Translations under genes and position numbers: made by a program | From: Candidatus Latescibacterota bacterium | GTDB lineage: Bacteria; Latescibacterota; UBA2968; UBA8231 | Length of the DNA stretch: 64,000 nt | Direction of reading: 5' to 3' | Assembly: GCA_965261395.1 (NCBI GenBank) | Contig: OZ253462.1 | Span: 3,168,001 to 3,232,000 of the forward strand | In this document: in pieces, positions 20,605 through 30,762 of the stretch | How the letters are laid out: the number at the start of each line of letters is the position of its first letter | Numbering within the stretch: position 1 is the stretch's first letter | Notes under the pieces: model-generated | Database searches by the model: none | The model's input: the letters and a program-made list of their open reading frames with translations, nothing else | Told to the model about the DNA's origin: nothing

Positions 20605-22207
20605 ACAGAGGCATCTAGCCATCGCCGTCGCGCTGGCCTTGCTCGCCAGTGCTGCGAGCGCGCCGGGTCAGGAAGACGACCTGCGGCAGCGCTTCGGCCT
20701 ACAGCCGCTGCCACCGCTGCCCTATCCCGAGAACAACCCTTACAACTCAGACCGCGTCGAGCTGGGCCGCTTGCTGTTCTTCGACCGCATTCTCAGCGGC
20801 GAGAAGGATACGGCCTGCGGCACCTGCCACTTGCCGACCTTGGGCATGGCCGATGGTCTACCGCTCGCGGTGGGTGTCGGGGGCACGGGCTTGGGACCGG
20901 ATCGGGTGACGGGGCATTCGGCCATCACCGGGGACGTGGTGATTACCGAGCCGCGACACACCATGACCATCTTTAACGTTGGCTACAACGGCGACGAGTC
21001 CGGGCTACCCTCGCCCAAGGGCTTCATGCTATGGGACGGCAAGGACCGCGGCCTGGAGGCGCAAGCGCTGCGGCCGCTCATCGTGCGCGTCGAGCTGCGC
21101 GGCGACGCCTATGAGCGCGAGATGGCCGTCGATAGCGTGCTGACGCGATTGCGGGGGATTCCCGAATACGTGGCCCTCTTCGAGCAAGCCTTCCCGGCTG
21201 AAGCCGATTCCGTGGCCCGGCAGTTGCCGCGCCTCGGCTGCGCGTACGACCCGACGCCCTTGCAGTCGGTCATTACGCGCTCGACCTTCGGCCGGGCCAT
21301 TGCCGCGTTTGAGCGCGAGCAGAATACCATCAACACAGCATACGACCACTACGTGGCCGGCGACGACGAGGCTCTAACGCCAGCGCAAAAGCGCGGGCTT
21401 GAACTCTTCCACACTAAGGGGCGCTGCGTCAACTGCCATAGCGGCCCGCTCTTTACTGATTCGAGCTTCCGCGTCCAAGGGGTCGAGCAGATCGGTCCGG
21501 GTCGGGCATCGGCTACGACTAACACCGGCACCCCGCGTCCCACGGGCAGGGACGAAGGCCGCTTCCTCAATTCAGGTAACCTCAGTGACATCGGTGCCTT
21601 CCGCGTCGTTGGGCTGCGCCAGATCGCGCAGACGGCCCCCTACATGCACGACGGCGCGTTGGCTACGTTGGAGGATGTCATCAATTTCTACGACCGTGGC
21701 GGCGGCGACGAAGCGACTATCGACCGCGAGAACATCGACCCCGAACTGGTGCCGCTGGGCCTGAGCGCCGAGGAGAAGCAAGACCTGTTGGCCTTCATGC
21801 GCGCCCTGACTGATTCGACGATAGCGGTTCACGTGCCAGCGAGGGTGCCCAGTGGATTACCGCCTCCGGGCCTCGAATTGGCCGCCGAGGCAGGCCTAGT
21901 GGTGCCGGTTCCCGTGCCGGCAGCCCGACCTGTGGCCGTGCGAGTGTTCAATTTTCCCAATCCCTTTAATGCCTCAACCTCGATCTCAGTGGCACTGCCA
22001 GAGGCAGGCGAAGTCGATATCGAAGTGTACAATATTTTGGGGCAGGCGGTGCGGCGGCTCTTTAGGGGCTACCGGCCAGCCGGCGTCTATCGGCTAGCGT
22101 GGGATGGGCGCGACGAGTCCGGGCGAGCGGCCGCCAGCGGAGTGTATCTCATCTCGGCGCAGATGGGTGGTGAGCGCTACCTGGCGCGGATGACCCTCGT
22201 GCGCTGA
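20597..22207 (+). CDS. Di-haem cytochrome c peroxidase/MauG-family protein with FlgD-Ig (type-A-CTD-like) C-terminus
   Basis: LGRLLFFD, CGTCH, WDG, CVNCH, TAPYMHDG; tail NFPNPFNAST...YNILGQ...WDGRD...SGVY. Confidence 0.9.
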   Translation: MNKQRHLAIAVALALLASAASAPGQEDDLRQRFGLQPLPPLPYPENNPYNSDRVELGRLLFFDRILSGEKDTACGTCHLPTLGMADGLPLAVGVGGTGLGPDRVTGHSAITGDVVITEPRHTMTIFNVGYNGDESGLPSPKGFMLWDGKDRGLEAQALRPLIVRVELRGDAYEREMAVDSVLTRLRGIPEYVALFEQAFPAEADSVARQLPRLGCAYDPTPLQSVITRSTFGRAIAAFEREQNTINTAYDHYVAGDDEALTPAQKRGLELFHTKGRCVNCHSGPLFTDSSFRVQGVEQIGPGRASATTNTGTPRPTGRDEGRFLNSGNLSDIGAFRVVGLRQIAQTAPYMHDGALATLEDVINFYDRGGGDEATIDRENIDPELVPLGLSAEEKQDLLAFMRALTDSTIAVHVPARVPSGLPPPGLELAAEAGLVVPVPVPAARPVAVRVFNFPNPFNASTSISVALPEAGEVDIEVYNILGQAVRRLFRGYRPAGVYRLAWDGRDESGRAAASGVYLISAQMGGERYLARMTLVR

Positions 22208-22208
22208 A

Positions 22209-25200
22209 GTGAATCGGCAGGTTTTTACCTACGAGGCTATCACCGCTCTCCTGCTGCTGTGGGGATGCGGACGAGAGCCTGATTCCCCAGTCGCCGATCC
22301 GCCCCTGCCCCCGCAAGAGCGGTCGGCGACGGTGGTCCGCTTCACCGATGTCACCGCGGCTGTCGGTATCCACTTTAAGCATACCAGCGGTCTTTCAGGT
22401 CGGAAGTACGGGGTAGAAGCCCTCGGCTCGGGAGCAGCCTTTTTCGATTACAACGGCGACGGGCACATGGATCTCTACGTCGTCAACGGGGCCGATCTGC
22501 CCGGCCACATATCGCCCCAGCCACCTCGCAATGCGCTCTACCGCAACCGAGCAGACGGGCGCTTCGTCGAAACGGCGGCCGGGGTCGCCGATACCGGTTA
22601 CGGCATGGGCTGTAGCGCGGCGGATTACGACAACGACGGGGATGCCGATCTCTTCGTCGCCAATTTTGGCACCAACGTACTCTACCGCAACGAAGGCGGT
22701 CGCTTCGCCGACGTCACGGTCGGGGCCATCCCGGACAGGGACCGTAGCTGGTCCACAGGCTCGGCCTTCGTCGATTACGACTTGGACGGCGATCTAGATC
22801 TCTACGTCGCCAACTATCTCGATTACCAGTTCGAAACCGATTCCCTCGATGAAAACGGCCGTCTGAAAAAAGATAGGCGCCACTACGCCCCCACTGAATA
22901 TCCCGGCCAGCGCGACTTCCTCTATCGCAACGAGGCCGATGGTCGCTTCGTCGATGTCACCGAAGCGGCGGGGCTTCTCAGCCTCGCAGGGCGCGAGTTG
23001 GGCGTCGTCTTTTTCGACTGGGACGGCGATGGCGATCCCGACCTGTTCCAGGCCAACGACGCCACGCCCAATTTCCTCTACCGCAACGAAGGGAATGGTT
23101 CCTTCAGCGAAATCGGCTTGGCGGCTGGCGCGGCCTACAACGAAGCAGGCAAGCCCGAAGGGGGCATGGGCACTGACATTGCCGATACGGACGGCGACGG
23201 CCACCTAGAGATCCTGGTGACCAATTTTCAGTGGGAGAGCAATACCCTCTACCAAAGCAGGGGAGACGGCTTATTGCGCGATCGGTCCACCGCTTCGGGG
23301 TTGGGGGCACCCAGCTTCGACCGCCTAGCGTTTGGGGTTAACTTCTTCGATATCGACCGCGACGGCGACCCAGACCTCTACGTGGCCAACGGCCACATCG
23401 ACGACAATATCGCCGATTTCGATCCCCAGACTTCCCACGGCCAGCGCGACCAGCTTTTTCTCAACGACGGCCAAGGGCGCTTCGCCGAAATTTCCGCGCA
23501 AGCCGGTCCTTTTTTTCTGCGCGCCATGGTGGGACGCGGTGCGGCCACGGCCGACTACGACAACGACGGCGACGGTGATCTCTTCGCAGTCAACAGCAAT
23601 CAGCCCGCCGTGCTGCTGCGCAACGATACGGAGTCGGAAAATCACTGGCTCGCCCTGCATTTGGTCGGCACCCGCAGCAACCGGGACGGCCTTGGCTCCC
23701 GGGTCACCGTGCGGACGGGGGACCGCGAACAAACGCTGCAAACTCGCAGCAGTTATAGCTATCTATCGCAAAGCGATCCCCGTTTGTTCTTCGGGCTGGG
23801 TGCATACGGCAGGGCCGACCGGATAGACATCGCCTGGCCTTCGGGCATCCGCCAGCAACTAAAAGACGTGGAGGCCGACCAAATACTGAAGATCTCGGAG
23901 CCGACAGAGCCGGTCGCAGACCGCACGTCTCGCGGGGATAGCATAGGCAAAGGAACGCTCCAGGCAGGAGAGCACTCGGCACCACCCGCGTTTGAACTGG
24001 AGCGATTCTGGCGAGAAGCCCCACCGGTCCTGATCGACGCCGGCCGCTTTGCTCCGCCCGATGGCGCAGAGCGCGCGTCTGTCGAGGACGTTGATACGCT
24101 GACCGAAGCAGTCGCCAGCAGACCCCGAGATCCAGACGCCCACTTCCGCTTGGCCGAGGTGCTGCGCCAGCTGCGGCGCTATGAGGTGGCAGAAGTTCAT
24201 TACCAAAAGGCCGTCGCCCTCGACTCCTCCCATGCCCAGGCTTATACCGGACTAGGGAAGCTCTACGGCGATCAGGGAAATCGAACTAAGGCGCTGGTGG
24301 CGCTCCAGCGGGCGCTGGCCCTAAAGGACGGAGCCATCACTTATTACTACCTAGGCAATCTCTACGCCCGTCAGGGTTCGTACCAACAGGCTATCTTTCA
24401 CTACCAGCAAGCCATCGAGCGCCGCCCCGACTACGAGCAGGCCTACATCAACCTAGCCGGCGTCTATGCCCGCCAAACAGAATACAGCACTGCCATCGGG
24501 GTCCTGACGCGGGGCGTTGCCGCGCTGCCCGGCAGTGCCGAACTCAAATTTCGCCTGGGGTGGAATTACTTTGTCCAAGGCCGCTATGCAGCGGCGCTAG
24601 AGCAGTTCCAGCAGGTTGTCCGCCTAGATCCCCAGCGCTATCAGGCCTATGACTTTATCGCGCGGATATATCTGGCCCAGGAGAAAGGGGAGGAGGCTCG
24701 GCAATTTTTGCAGCAAGCTCTATCTGCCCATCCCGACGAGAGCGCCCTGCTAGCGCGGCTGGGGATTTTGCTGCTCAATGCGGGAAGCCCCGCCCAAGCC
24801 AGCGAATATCTCGAACGGACCATTCGCAAAGATCCAGACCACGCAGAAGCCTATTACAGCTTAGGGCAGGCCTACTTGCGCACTGGTCTGCGCGATAGGG
24901 GCCATGCCGTGCTGCACTACTTCGAGCTTTTGCAGAATAACTACCAGGAATTACTGGACTTGAAAACGGCCATCGTGCTCAATCCCAGCGATGCCGCAGC
25001 GTGCTTCGGGCTGGGGAAGGTCTATGGGCGCATCGGTCGCTACGAAGCGGCCCGCCAAGCGTATCTGGCCGTTTTGAAGATCGATCCCAGCCATATCGAC
25101 GCCCAGAACAACTTGGGCAATATCTATCTGCGCCAGCAGCGTCCACACCAAGCCATCGAGGTTTTTAGCACCTTGCTACAGGCCGATTCAAACTACGTGC

Positions 25201-25406
25201 GAGCCTACAACAACCTCGGCTATGCCTATCTGGCCATCAACCAGCCTCAGCGAGCCATCCAAACCTATAAAAAAGCGATTGCGATCGACCCCAAATACGC
25301 TCAGGCGTACTCTAGCTTGGGTGCGCTCTACATGCAACAGGGGAGAATTGCCGAAGCGCAGCAACAACTGGCTATCTACGAGGAACTGACTCAGCATCCA
25401 CCATAA
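22209..25406 (+). CDS. CRTAC1-like (FG-GAP/VCBS + ASPIC/UnbV) lipoprotein with C-terminal TPR array
   Basis: Repeated DYDNDGDxDLxV; SNRDGLGSRV, SYLSQSD, FGLG; many TPRs. Confidence 0.9.
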   Translation: MNRQVFTYEAITALLLLWGCGREPDSPVADPPLPPQERSATVVRFTDVTAAVGIHFKHTSGLSGRKYGVEALGSGAAFFDYNGDGHMDLYVVNGADLPGHISPQPPRNALYRNRADGRFVETAAGVADTGYGMGCSAADYDNDGDADLFVANFGTNVLYRNEGGRFADVTVGAIPDRDRSWSTGSAFVDYDLDGDLDLYVANYLDYQFETDSLDENGRLKKDRRHYAPTEYPGQRDFLYRNEADGRFVDVTEAAGLLSLAGRELGVVFFDWDGDGDPDLFQANDATPNFLYRNEGNGSFSEIGLAAGAAYNEAGKPEGGMGTDIADTDGDGHLEILVTNFQWESNTLYQSRGDGLLRDRSTASGLGAPSFDRLAFGVNFFDIDRDGDPDLYVANGHIDDNIADFDPQTSHGQRDQLFLNDGQGRFAEISAQAGPFFLRAMVGRGAATADYDNDGDGDLFAVNSNQPAVLLRNDTESENHWLALHLVGTRSNRDGLGSRVTVRTGDREQTLQTRSSYSYLSQSDPRLFFGLGAYGRADRIDIAWPSGIRQQLKDVEADQILKISEPTEPVADRTSRGDSIGKGTLQAGEHSAPPAFELERFWREAPPVLIDAGRFAPPDGAERASVEDVDTLTEAVASRPRDPDAHFRLAEVLRQLRRYEVAEVHYQKAVALDSSHAQAYTGLGKLYGDQGNRTKALVALQRALALKDGAITYYYLGNLYARQGSYQQAIFHYQQAIERRPDYEQAYINLAGVYARQTEYSTAIGVLTRGVAALPGSAELKFRLGWNYFVQGRYAAALEQFQQVVRLDPQRYQAYDFIARIYLAQEKGEEARQFLQQALSAHPDESALLARLGILLLNAGSPAQASEYLERTIRKDPDHAEAYYSLGQAYLRTGLRDRGHAVLHYFELLQNNYQELLDLKTAIVLNPSDAAACFGLGKVYGRIGRYEAARQAYLAVLKIDPSHIDAQNNLGNIYLRQQRPHQAIEVFSTLLQADSNYVRAYNNLGYAYLAINQPQRAIQTYKKAIAIDPKYAQAYSSLGALYMQQGRIAEAQQQLAIYEELTQHPP

Positions 25407-25593
25407 TATGCCCATAATAAGAGCAGAATTAGCTTGTTATGCGGTCGGATTTTGATTATAAAAATAATTCTCTTTAGCCACTGTCTATTAATCCCGCTAG
25501 GAGCCCGAAGGGAGGGTAGCGGCTCTCGCTAGTTTTTCCGTTGTGCGAGTCCCAATCCAGGGGCTTGCCCCATCTTCTCAAAAGGAGCTTTTT

Positions 25594-26511
25594 ATGCGAC
25601 GCCTGCTAGTACTGGTTGCCTTTTTGTTGCCCCTCGTTGCGACGTCCTCTTTTGCCCAAGATCCAGTCGAAGTGCCGCTCTACTTCGCCGTGGGTATTCC
25701 CGACAATGCCCTGCCCACCATCGACGGAGAACGCGATGATTGGGCTTGGGTGGAGCCGAGCTTTGAGATAACCAGCAGCGATATGTTCATCCTGACCGGC
25801 GGAGTAGAGGACGCCGACGACCACTTCGTAGACATTCTGCTCGGCTGGAACGAAGGACAGAATAGGGTGTACGGCATGGTCCACGTGGTTGACGACTTTC
25901 TGATCGTGGACAAAAACCCCGGTTGCACCTTCCGCGACGACAACTGCGAGATTCACTTCGATCCAGATAATCAAGGCGGTGGTCCCTACTCGGCACCCAA
26001 CGACCAGGACCTACAGCCGGCCTATCAGATCTGCTTGAGCATGTCCGAGCAATTCCCTCGGGTACAGATGTACAATGGAGCGCTGGGCAACTTTGAGCAG
26101 GACGCGCTCAATTTCTGGTGGACGCACTCGGGCGATTTCGTTGAGAACGTCAACGCCAATGTGGGCAACGAATACTTTTACGAGTTCAGTCTCAACTTCT
26201 TCGATCCGCTGTCGATCAGCGGTGGCCCCGACGCCAGCACGGAATGGTTCCTGACGCCTGAGTCGAGCATCGGCATGGGCATTTCCCTCGACGATGCCGA
26301 CGAGGGCCTCAACGCCAACGGCAACGATCCAACCGCCGAGGAGTGCTGTGAGAACGGTTTCTTCTGGCAGGCCTATGTGAGCATGGGCGATCAGTTCGCC
26401 AACACGGGTGGTATCCCCGATGTCTTCCTGGTGCCGACAGAAGACACGGCTTCTGCGGTTGAAGCTACTTCCTGGGGTCAGGTGAAAAGCCTGCTAGGGG
26501 AAGGTCTGTAA
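25594..26511 (+). CDS. Secreted acidic CBM9/DOMON-like protein with WGQVK tail, copy B
   Basis: Start at ATG 25594 (AAGGAG RBS); close paralog of 16022-16933. Confidence 0.75.
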   Translation: MRRLLVLVAFLLPLVATSSFAQDPVEVPLYFAVGIPDNALPTIDGERDDWAWVEPSFEITSSDMFILTGGVEDADDHFVDILLGWNEGQNRVYGMVHVVDDFLIVDKNPGCTFRDDNCEIHFDPDNQGGGPYSAPNDQDLQPAYQICLSMSEQFPRVQMYNGALGNFEQDALNFWWTHSGDFVENVNANVGNEYFYEFSLNFFDPLSISGGPDASTEWFLTPESSIGMGISLDDADEGLNANGNDPTAEECCENGFFWQAYVSMGDQFANTGGIPDVFLVPTEDTASAVEATSWGQVKSLLGEGL

Positions 26512-26535
26512 GCCATTTGCCAGTTTTCTTTAGTG

Positions 26536-26580
26536 CAAAGAAGGGAGGGCGGGGAGTACCTGCCCTCCCTTCTTTGGTTG
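26536..26580 (+). terminator. Intrinsic terminator
   Basis: 18-bp stem caaagaagggagggcggg / cctgccctcccttctttg (one G-U pair), 25 bp after the stop. Confidence 0.65.
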
Positions 26581-26605
26581 CGTTGGGGTGTGAGGAGTAA
26601 GCCGA

Positions 26606-28516
26606 ATGCGTGCCCTCTTGACTGGTGTGGTGCTGGTCGCGGCGATAAGCCTGATAAGCCCGTGGGCCGTGCTCATCGTCAAAGGTTCGCTGCTGACCGG
26701 CAATGCCATCCCCGTCATCGCCGTGCTATTCTTTTTTTTGCTAACGGCATTGGCTGCGCCCCTGCTCAAATCCCTGAGCCGCCGTCTCGCTTTTACCCGC
26801 GCCGACCTGATCCTCATTTACGCCATGATGCTGGTAGCCGGAGCCGTGGTCACTACCGGCTTTACCGGCGGTTTCATGTCCATCATTTCTGGGATCTATT
26901 ACTACGCCACGCCCGAAAACAATTGGGCTAATCTTTTTATCCCCCACCTCGACCCTTGGGTCACTCCCCAGGACCCCGAGGCAGTACACTTGTTTTTCGA
27001 GGGGCTGCCTCCAGACGCTGCGATTCCCTGGTCCGTTTGGGTCATACCGCTGGCGGCGTGGACTTCTTTTATGGTGGCCTTTTCGGTGGTTATGTTCTGC
27101 CTAGGCGTTATGTTGCGCGGCCAGTGGATAGACCGGGAGCGACTGGTCTTCCCGCTGACCCAATTGCCCCTAGCAATGATGGAGGACGCTGAGGGCGCAG
27201 AGCGGCGCATCGGGTGCTTCTTCAAAAACCGCTTGCTGTGGCTGGGGCTTTTGCTCCCTTTATTGCTGCACTCGTGGAATTCGCTGCACAACTACCACGA
27301 CGCCTTTCAGCCGCTTGCCGTGCGGGGCACAATACCCTTGCTCGACGGCCGGATGAGCGTGCCGTTCCTGCTCAATTTCCCCGTGCTCGGCCTGTCCTAC
27401 CTCATGCCGCTGGGCGTCTCTTTTAGTCTGTGGTTCTTCTGTCTGGTGGGACTGCTCGAACAAAGCGCCTTCGCCCGCATCGGCCTGCAAATCAGCGGTG
27501 GGGATATGTGGACCTCCGGCGGAGCAAGCCCGCTCCTTTCACTGCAGATGTCGGGTGCTATGCTGATGCTGGTTGTATTTGTGTTGTGGAATGCGCGCCA
27601 GCATCTGGGCAGTTTCTGGCGTCAAGCCTTAGGCCGCGAGGAATCGACCCGACGGGAATTGCTCGGCCCGCGAGCGGCCGTATGTGGTTTCATCGGGGGC
27701 CTACTCTTCATGTCGGCTTGGCTCATAAGCACCGGTCTCGATGTATATGTAGCTATCCTGTTGGTCGTTGGTGCCTTGGTCGTGTTTATCGGCTTGGCGC
27801 GCATAACCTGCGAGGCTGGTCTGCCCAGTATCCAGACGCCGATGGTGCCCCAAGCTTTTATGATCCGCGGCTTTGGTCCCCAAGTGCTGGGTCTGCAGAA
27901 CATGACCGGTTTGGGCTTGAGCACGGCGTGGTTGGGGGATACGGCGGCCAATATGATGAATTCAGTAATGCACAGTTTGCGCCTGAGCTCCGGCCAAGAG
28001 CGGCACCTGCGGCACCTGCCGTGGGCGCTGTTACTCGCCCTAGTGGTAGCCCTAGCTGTTTCGATCTGGTACACCATGAGCTTGGCCTATACGCACGGCG
28101 GCATCAATCTGCACGGCTGGTACTTTCGCGGCGTGGTGCGCTGGCCCTTCAATCACATGGCCTTGCTGGCCAACGCGGCCGAGGAGAGCTTTGCGCCGAG
28201 GCTGACCTTTATTACCCTAGGGGCCGGCGTCATGGGCGCGCTGCTCTACCTGCGCCAGCGCTTTTTGGCTTGGCCGCTACATCCCATCGGCTTTCCGGTG
28301 TCCAATACCCACCCGATCATCACCTTTGGCTGGTTGTCCATCCTGTTGGCTTGGTTGTGCAAGGCGGCGATTCTGCGCTATGGTGGGGTGCGGCTCTACC
28401 GGACGATGAGACCCTTCTTTTTGGGCCTAGCGCTGGGCGAGTTCTCCGCTTCTGCACTCTGGGTCTTTATCGACGGAGCGTTCGGGGTAGAAGGCAATAT
28501 GATTTTTGTATTCTGA
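26606..28516 (+). CDS. Polytopic membrane protein (DUF6785/DUF6784-like, OPT-transporter-like)
   Basis: Many TMs; QWIDRERLVFPLTQLP, WPLHPIGF, LRYGG...PFFLGL motifs. Confidence 0.7.
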   Translation: MRALLTGVVLVAAISLISPWAVLIVKGSLLTGNAIPVIAVLFFFLLTALAAPLLKSLSRRLAFTRADLILIYAMMLVAGAVVTTGFTGGFMSIISGIYYYATPENNWANLFIPHLDPWVTPQDPEAVHLFFEGLPPDAAIPWSVWVIPLAAWTSFMVAFSVVMFCLGVMLRGQWIDRERLVFPLTQLPLAMMEDAEGAERRIGCFFKNRLLWLGLLLPLLLHSWNSLHNYHDAFQPLAVRGTIPLLDGRMSVPFLLNFPVLGLSYLMPLGVSFSLWFFCLVGLLEQSAFARIGLQISGGDMWTSGGASPLLSLQMSGAMLMLVVFVLWNARQHLGSFWRQALGREESTRRELLGPRAAVCGFIGGLLFMSAWLISTGLDVYVAILLVVGALVVFIGLARITCEAGLPSIQTPMVPQAFMIRGFGPQVLGLQNMTGLGLSTAWLGDTAANMMNSVMHSLRLSSGQERHLRHLPWALLLALVVALAVSIWYTMSLAYTHGGINLHGWYFRGVVRWPFNHMALLANAAEESFAPRLTFITLGAGVMGALLYLRQRFLAWPLHPIGFPVSNTHPIITFGWLSILLAWLCKAAILRYGGVRLYRTMRPFFLGLALGEFSASALWVFIDGAFGVEGNMIFVF

Positions 28517-28548
28517 GGGTCTAGAAGGGGCACGAAAAGGGAATATAG

Positions 28549-29028
28549 ATGCGATACTTGCGCTCGCTCAAGTTGCTCTTGGTCGTCGCGGTCGTCGGCG
28601 CGGGGCTAGCTTTTTTTGAACGGCAGCGTGCGACCGAGTACGGGCATCTTTTGGAACGCACGCACGCACGCGGGCAACCACAGCTCAAAGGGACGTCCTT
28701 GCGGGAGCTGGCGCAGGTGCTGCTGGAGTTGTATCCAGAGGGAGCCGAAGCCAATCTGCTGATGGGGACTGCCCTAGCCGAGGAGGGGCGGTTGGAGGAG
28801 GCCCGGGTGCATCTAGAGAAGGCCATGGAAGTGGATCCGCGCAACTTGCAGCTCCTCTTTTTTTACGCGCAACTTTTGCTAGATATGGGAGAAGATGTGG
28901 AGAAAGTGCAAGAGGTAGTGGAAGAGTTGAGTCGGTACTTTCCGCGGTCGCGGGAGAAGGTGGAGCAGTACTTTGGGGAGGCTTCAAAGGGGAAGATGCG
29001 GTTTGGCGGGGATGATCTTTACCATTGA
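28549..29028 (+). CDS. Small membrane-anchored TPR protein
   Basis: N-terminal hydrophobic segment; ANLLMGTALAEEGRLEEARVHLEKAMEVDP TPR. Confidence 0.75.
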   Translation: MRYLRSLKLLLVVAVVGAGLAFFERQRATEYGHLLERTHARGQPQLKGTSLRELAQVLLELYPEGAEANLLMGTALAEEGRLEEARVHLEKAMEVDPRNLQLLFFYAQLLLDMGEDVEKVQEVVEELSRYFPRSREKVEQYFGEASKGKMRFGGDDLYH

Positions 29029-29051
29029 AGCAGCGTCCCCGCCGCGCCTGC

Positions 29052-30686
29052 TCAAGCCCCTTTGCGCAGGCGGTCCTCGTAGATGTGAATCTGGTCGGCG
29101 TACTGATCGTTGAGTTTGGCCAGCAACGCATCGAAGCGCTCTTGGGTCAGGTCCTGGAGCAGGTGGGAGCGCGCCCGGCCCCAGGCCTCGTCCAAGCTCT
29201 GTTGGTGACCGGGAATCTTTTTGAGCACCTTGAAGATCGTAAAACCCTGCGCGGTTTTGACCGGACCGACGATCTGGCCGACCTCGGCGTTTTTGGCCTC
29301 CCAACCTAAATTGCCATACTTGTCGGGACGCAGAAGCTGGATGCGTCCTTCGGCCCGGCGGATGCGGGTGCTGCGCCGCGAGTAGCGGCGAGCCAGATCG
29401 CCGAAGTCGCCACCGCGTTCGATGGCGGCCAAAAGCGAGTCCGCTTGGGTGCGAGTATCGACGAGAATTTCGAGGATCGAGATCCGCTCTTCGCGCACGT
29501 ATAGTTCCTTGTGTGCCTCGTAGTACGCGCCAATTTCCTCCTTGGACGGATTGAGTGTTTCGAGCACTTTGACTTGGCGGATGCGCTCGACTAGGGCTTG
29601 GCGGCGCGTGGTTTCAATGCCTTTGGCAACGCGCTCGGCCTCGTGGATGCCTATTTCGCGGGCGTAGCGTGGCAACAGAACCTTGAGGGCATAGAGGCGA
29701 CGGGCGAAGCGGCGCAAGTCGTCCAATTCGCGGATCTCCGCCGGGTTGCGCTCGCTGGTCATGGCGGCCATAAAGTTACTCAGCGTCCACGGCTCGCCAT
29801 CGAGCTCGAGCAGCACTAGTTGGGTCTCCCCCTGTTTGAACGTGGGCATTTCTTCGCCGGCTTCGCTGAGCCGGGCCAAGAGTAGCTCGAAGATCTCGCG
29901 CCGTTCCTCAATGTCGGCGCGGTTGGCCAACCCTTCGAGGAATTCAAAAGTGGCGAGGGTATGTTTCTGCTCCTGCATGGCCTTGATGACGGCGACGGCC
30001 ATATTCTCGAAGGACACTTCGCGTTCGTCGGTGACGACGAAGACCGAGAATCCGTCTGGCTCCTGCACGGGACCGATGATCTGGCCAAGTTTGGCCCCGA
30101 AGATCTGGCGGCGCAAAACGTAGTTTTTGAAATCTAGGCGGCTCTTCCAGCCGAGGTCGCCGCCTTGCTGGGCGGTGTTGCCGTCGTCGGAGAGTTCGCT
30201 CGCCACCTCGGCAAAGCTGTCGGGGCCGCGCAGGCGGGCTAGCACTTGGTCAATGGCGGCTGGCCCGCTGGCGAGGATGCGGCTCACGCGGCGCTGCTGG
30301 CCGATGTAGTGCTGCTCAAAGTACTGGCGGGCCTCGTCGCGGTCTATATCCTCGGCGACAGCGACTACGCCGCGACGGTACATTTCGTCGAGGATGAGTT
30401 CCTGTTCCTGTTGTGCGACTTTGCTTCTGACTTGGAAGTCGTTTTCTAGGCCGTCTTGGCGGGCGGCTAACAGCAAAATCTCGACGTCGATGAGTCGCTC
30501 AAGTGCTTGGCGCTGGAGGTCGCCCGGGGCGTTCTTGGGGAAGAGCCGCGAGGCAGCGCGCTCGACGCGGGCACGCCTGATGGTGACGTCGCCGACGCGG
30601 GCGAGGACATCTGGGTTGGGCGGGGGTTCGGGGGAGGTGCAGGCGAGGAGTACGGCAGTGAGCAACGAGAGAAAAAGACGCAGCAA
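29052..30686 (-). CDS. Parvulin-type peptidyl-prolyl isomerase lipoprotein (two rotamase domains)
   Basis: Lipobox LLAC; FAEVASELS..GGDLGW; FGDLARRYS; GPVKTAQGF. Confidence 0.85.
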   Translation of the reverse strand: MLRLFLSLLTAVLLACTSPEPPPNPDVLARVGDVTIRRARVERAASRLFPKNAPGDLQRQALERLIDVEILLLAARQDGLENDFQVRSKVAQQEQELILDEMYRRGVVAVAEDIDRDEARQYFEQHYIGQQRRVSRILASGPAAIDQVLARLRGPDSFAEVASELSDDGNTAQQGGDLGWKSRLDFKNYVLRRQIFGAKLGQIIGPVQEPDGFSVFVVTDEREVSFENMAVAVIKAMQEQKHTLATFEFLEGLANRADIEERREIFELLLARLSEAGEEMPTFKQGETQLVLLELDGEPWTLSNFMAAMTSERNPAEIRELDDLRRFARRLYALKVLLPRYAREIGIHEAERVAKGIETTRRQALVERIRQVKVLETLNPSKEEIGAYYEAHKELYVREERISILEILVDTRTQADSLLAAIERGGDFGDLARRYSRRSTRIRRAEGRIQLLRPDKYGNLGWEAKNAEVGQIVGPVKTAQGFTIFKVLKKIPGHQQSLDEAWGRARSHLLQDLTQERFDALLAKLNDQYADQIHIYEDRLRKGA

Positions 30687-30762
30687 AAAGGCCTCCTAGT
30701 GGAATTTTTATTTATTCCAACAAATATATTAGTGCCGTGTAATAAGTGCTAATTATGTTATT

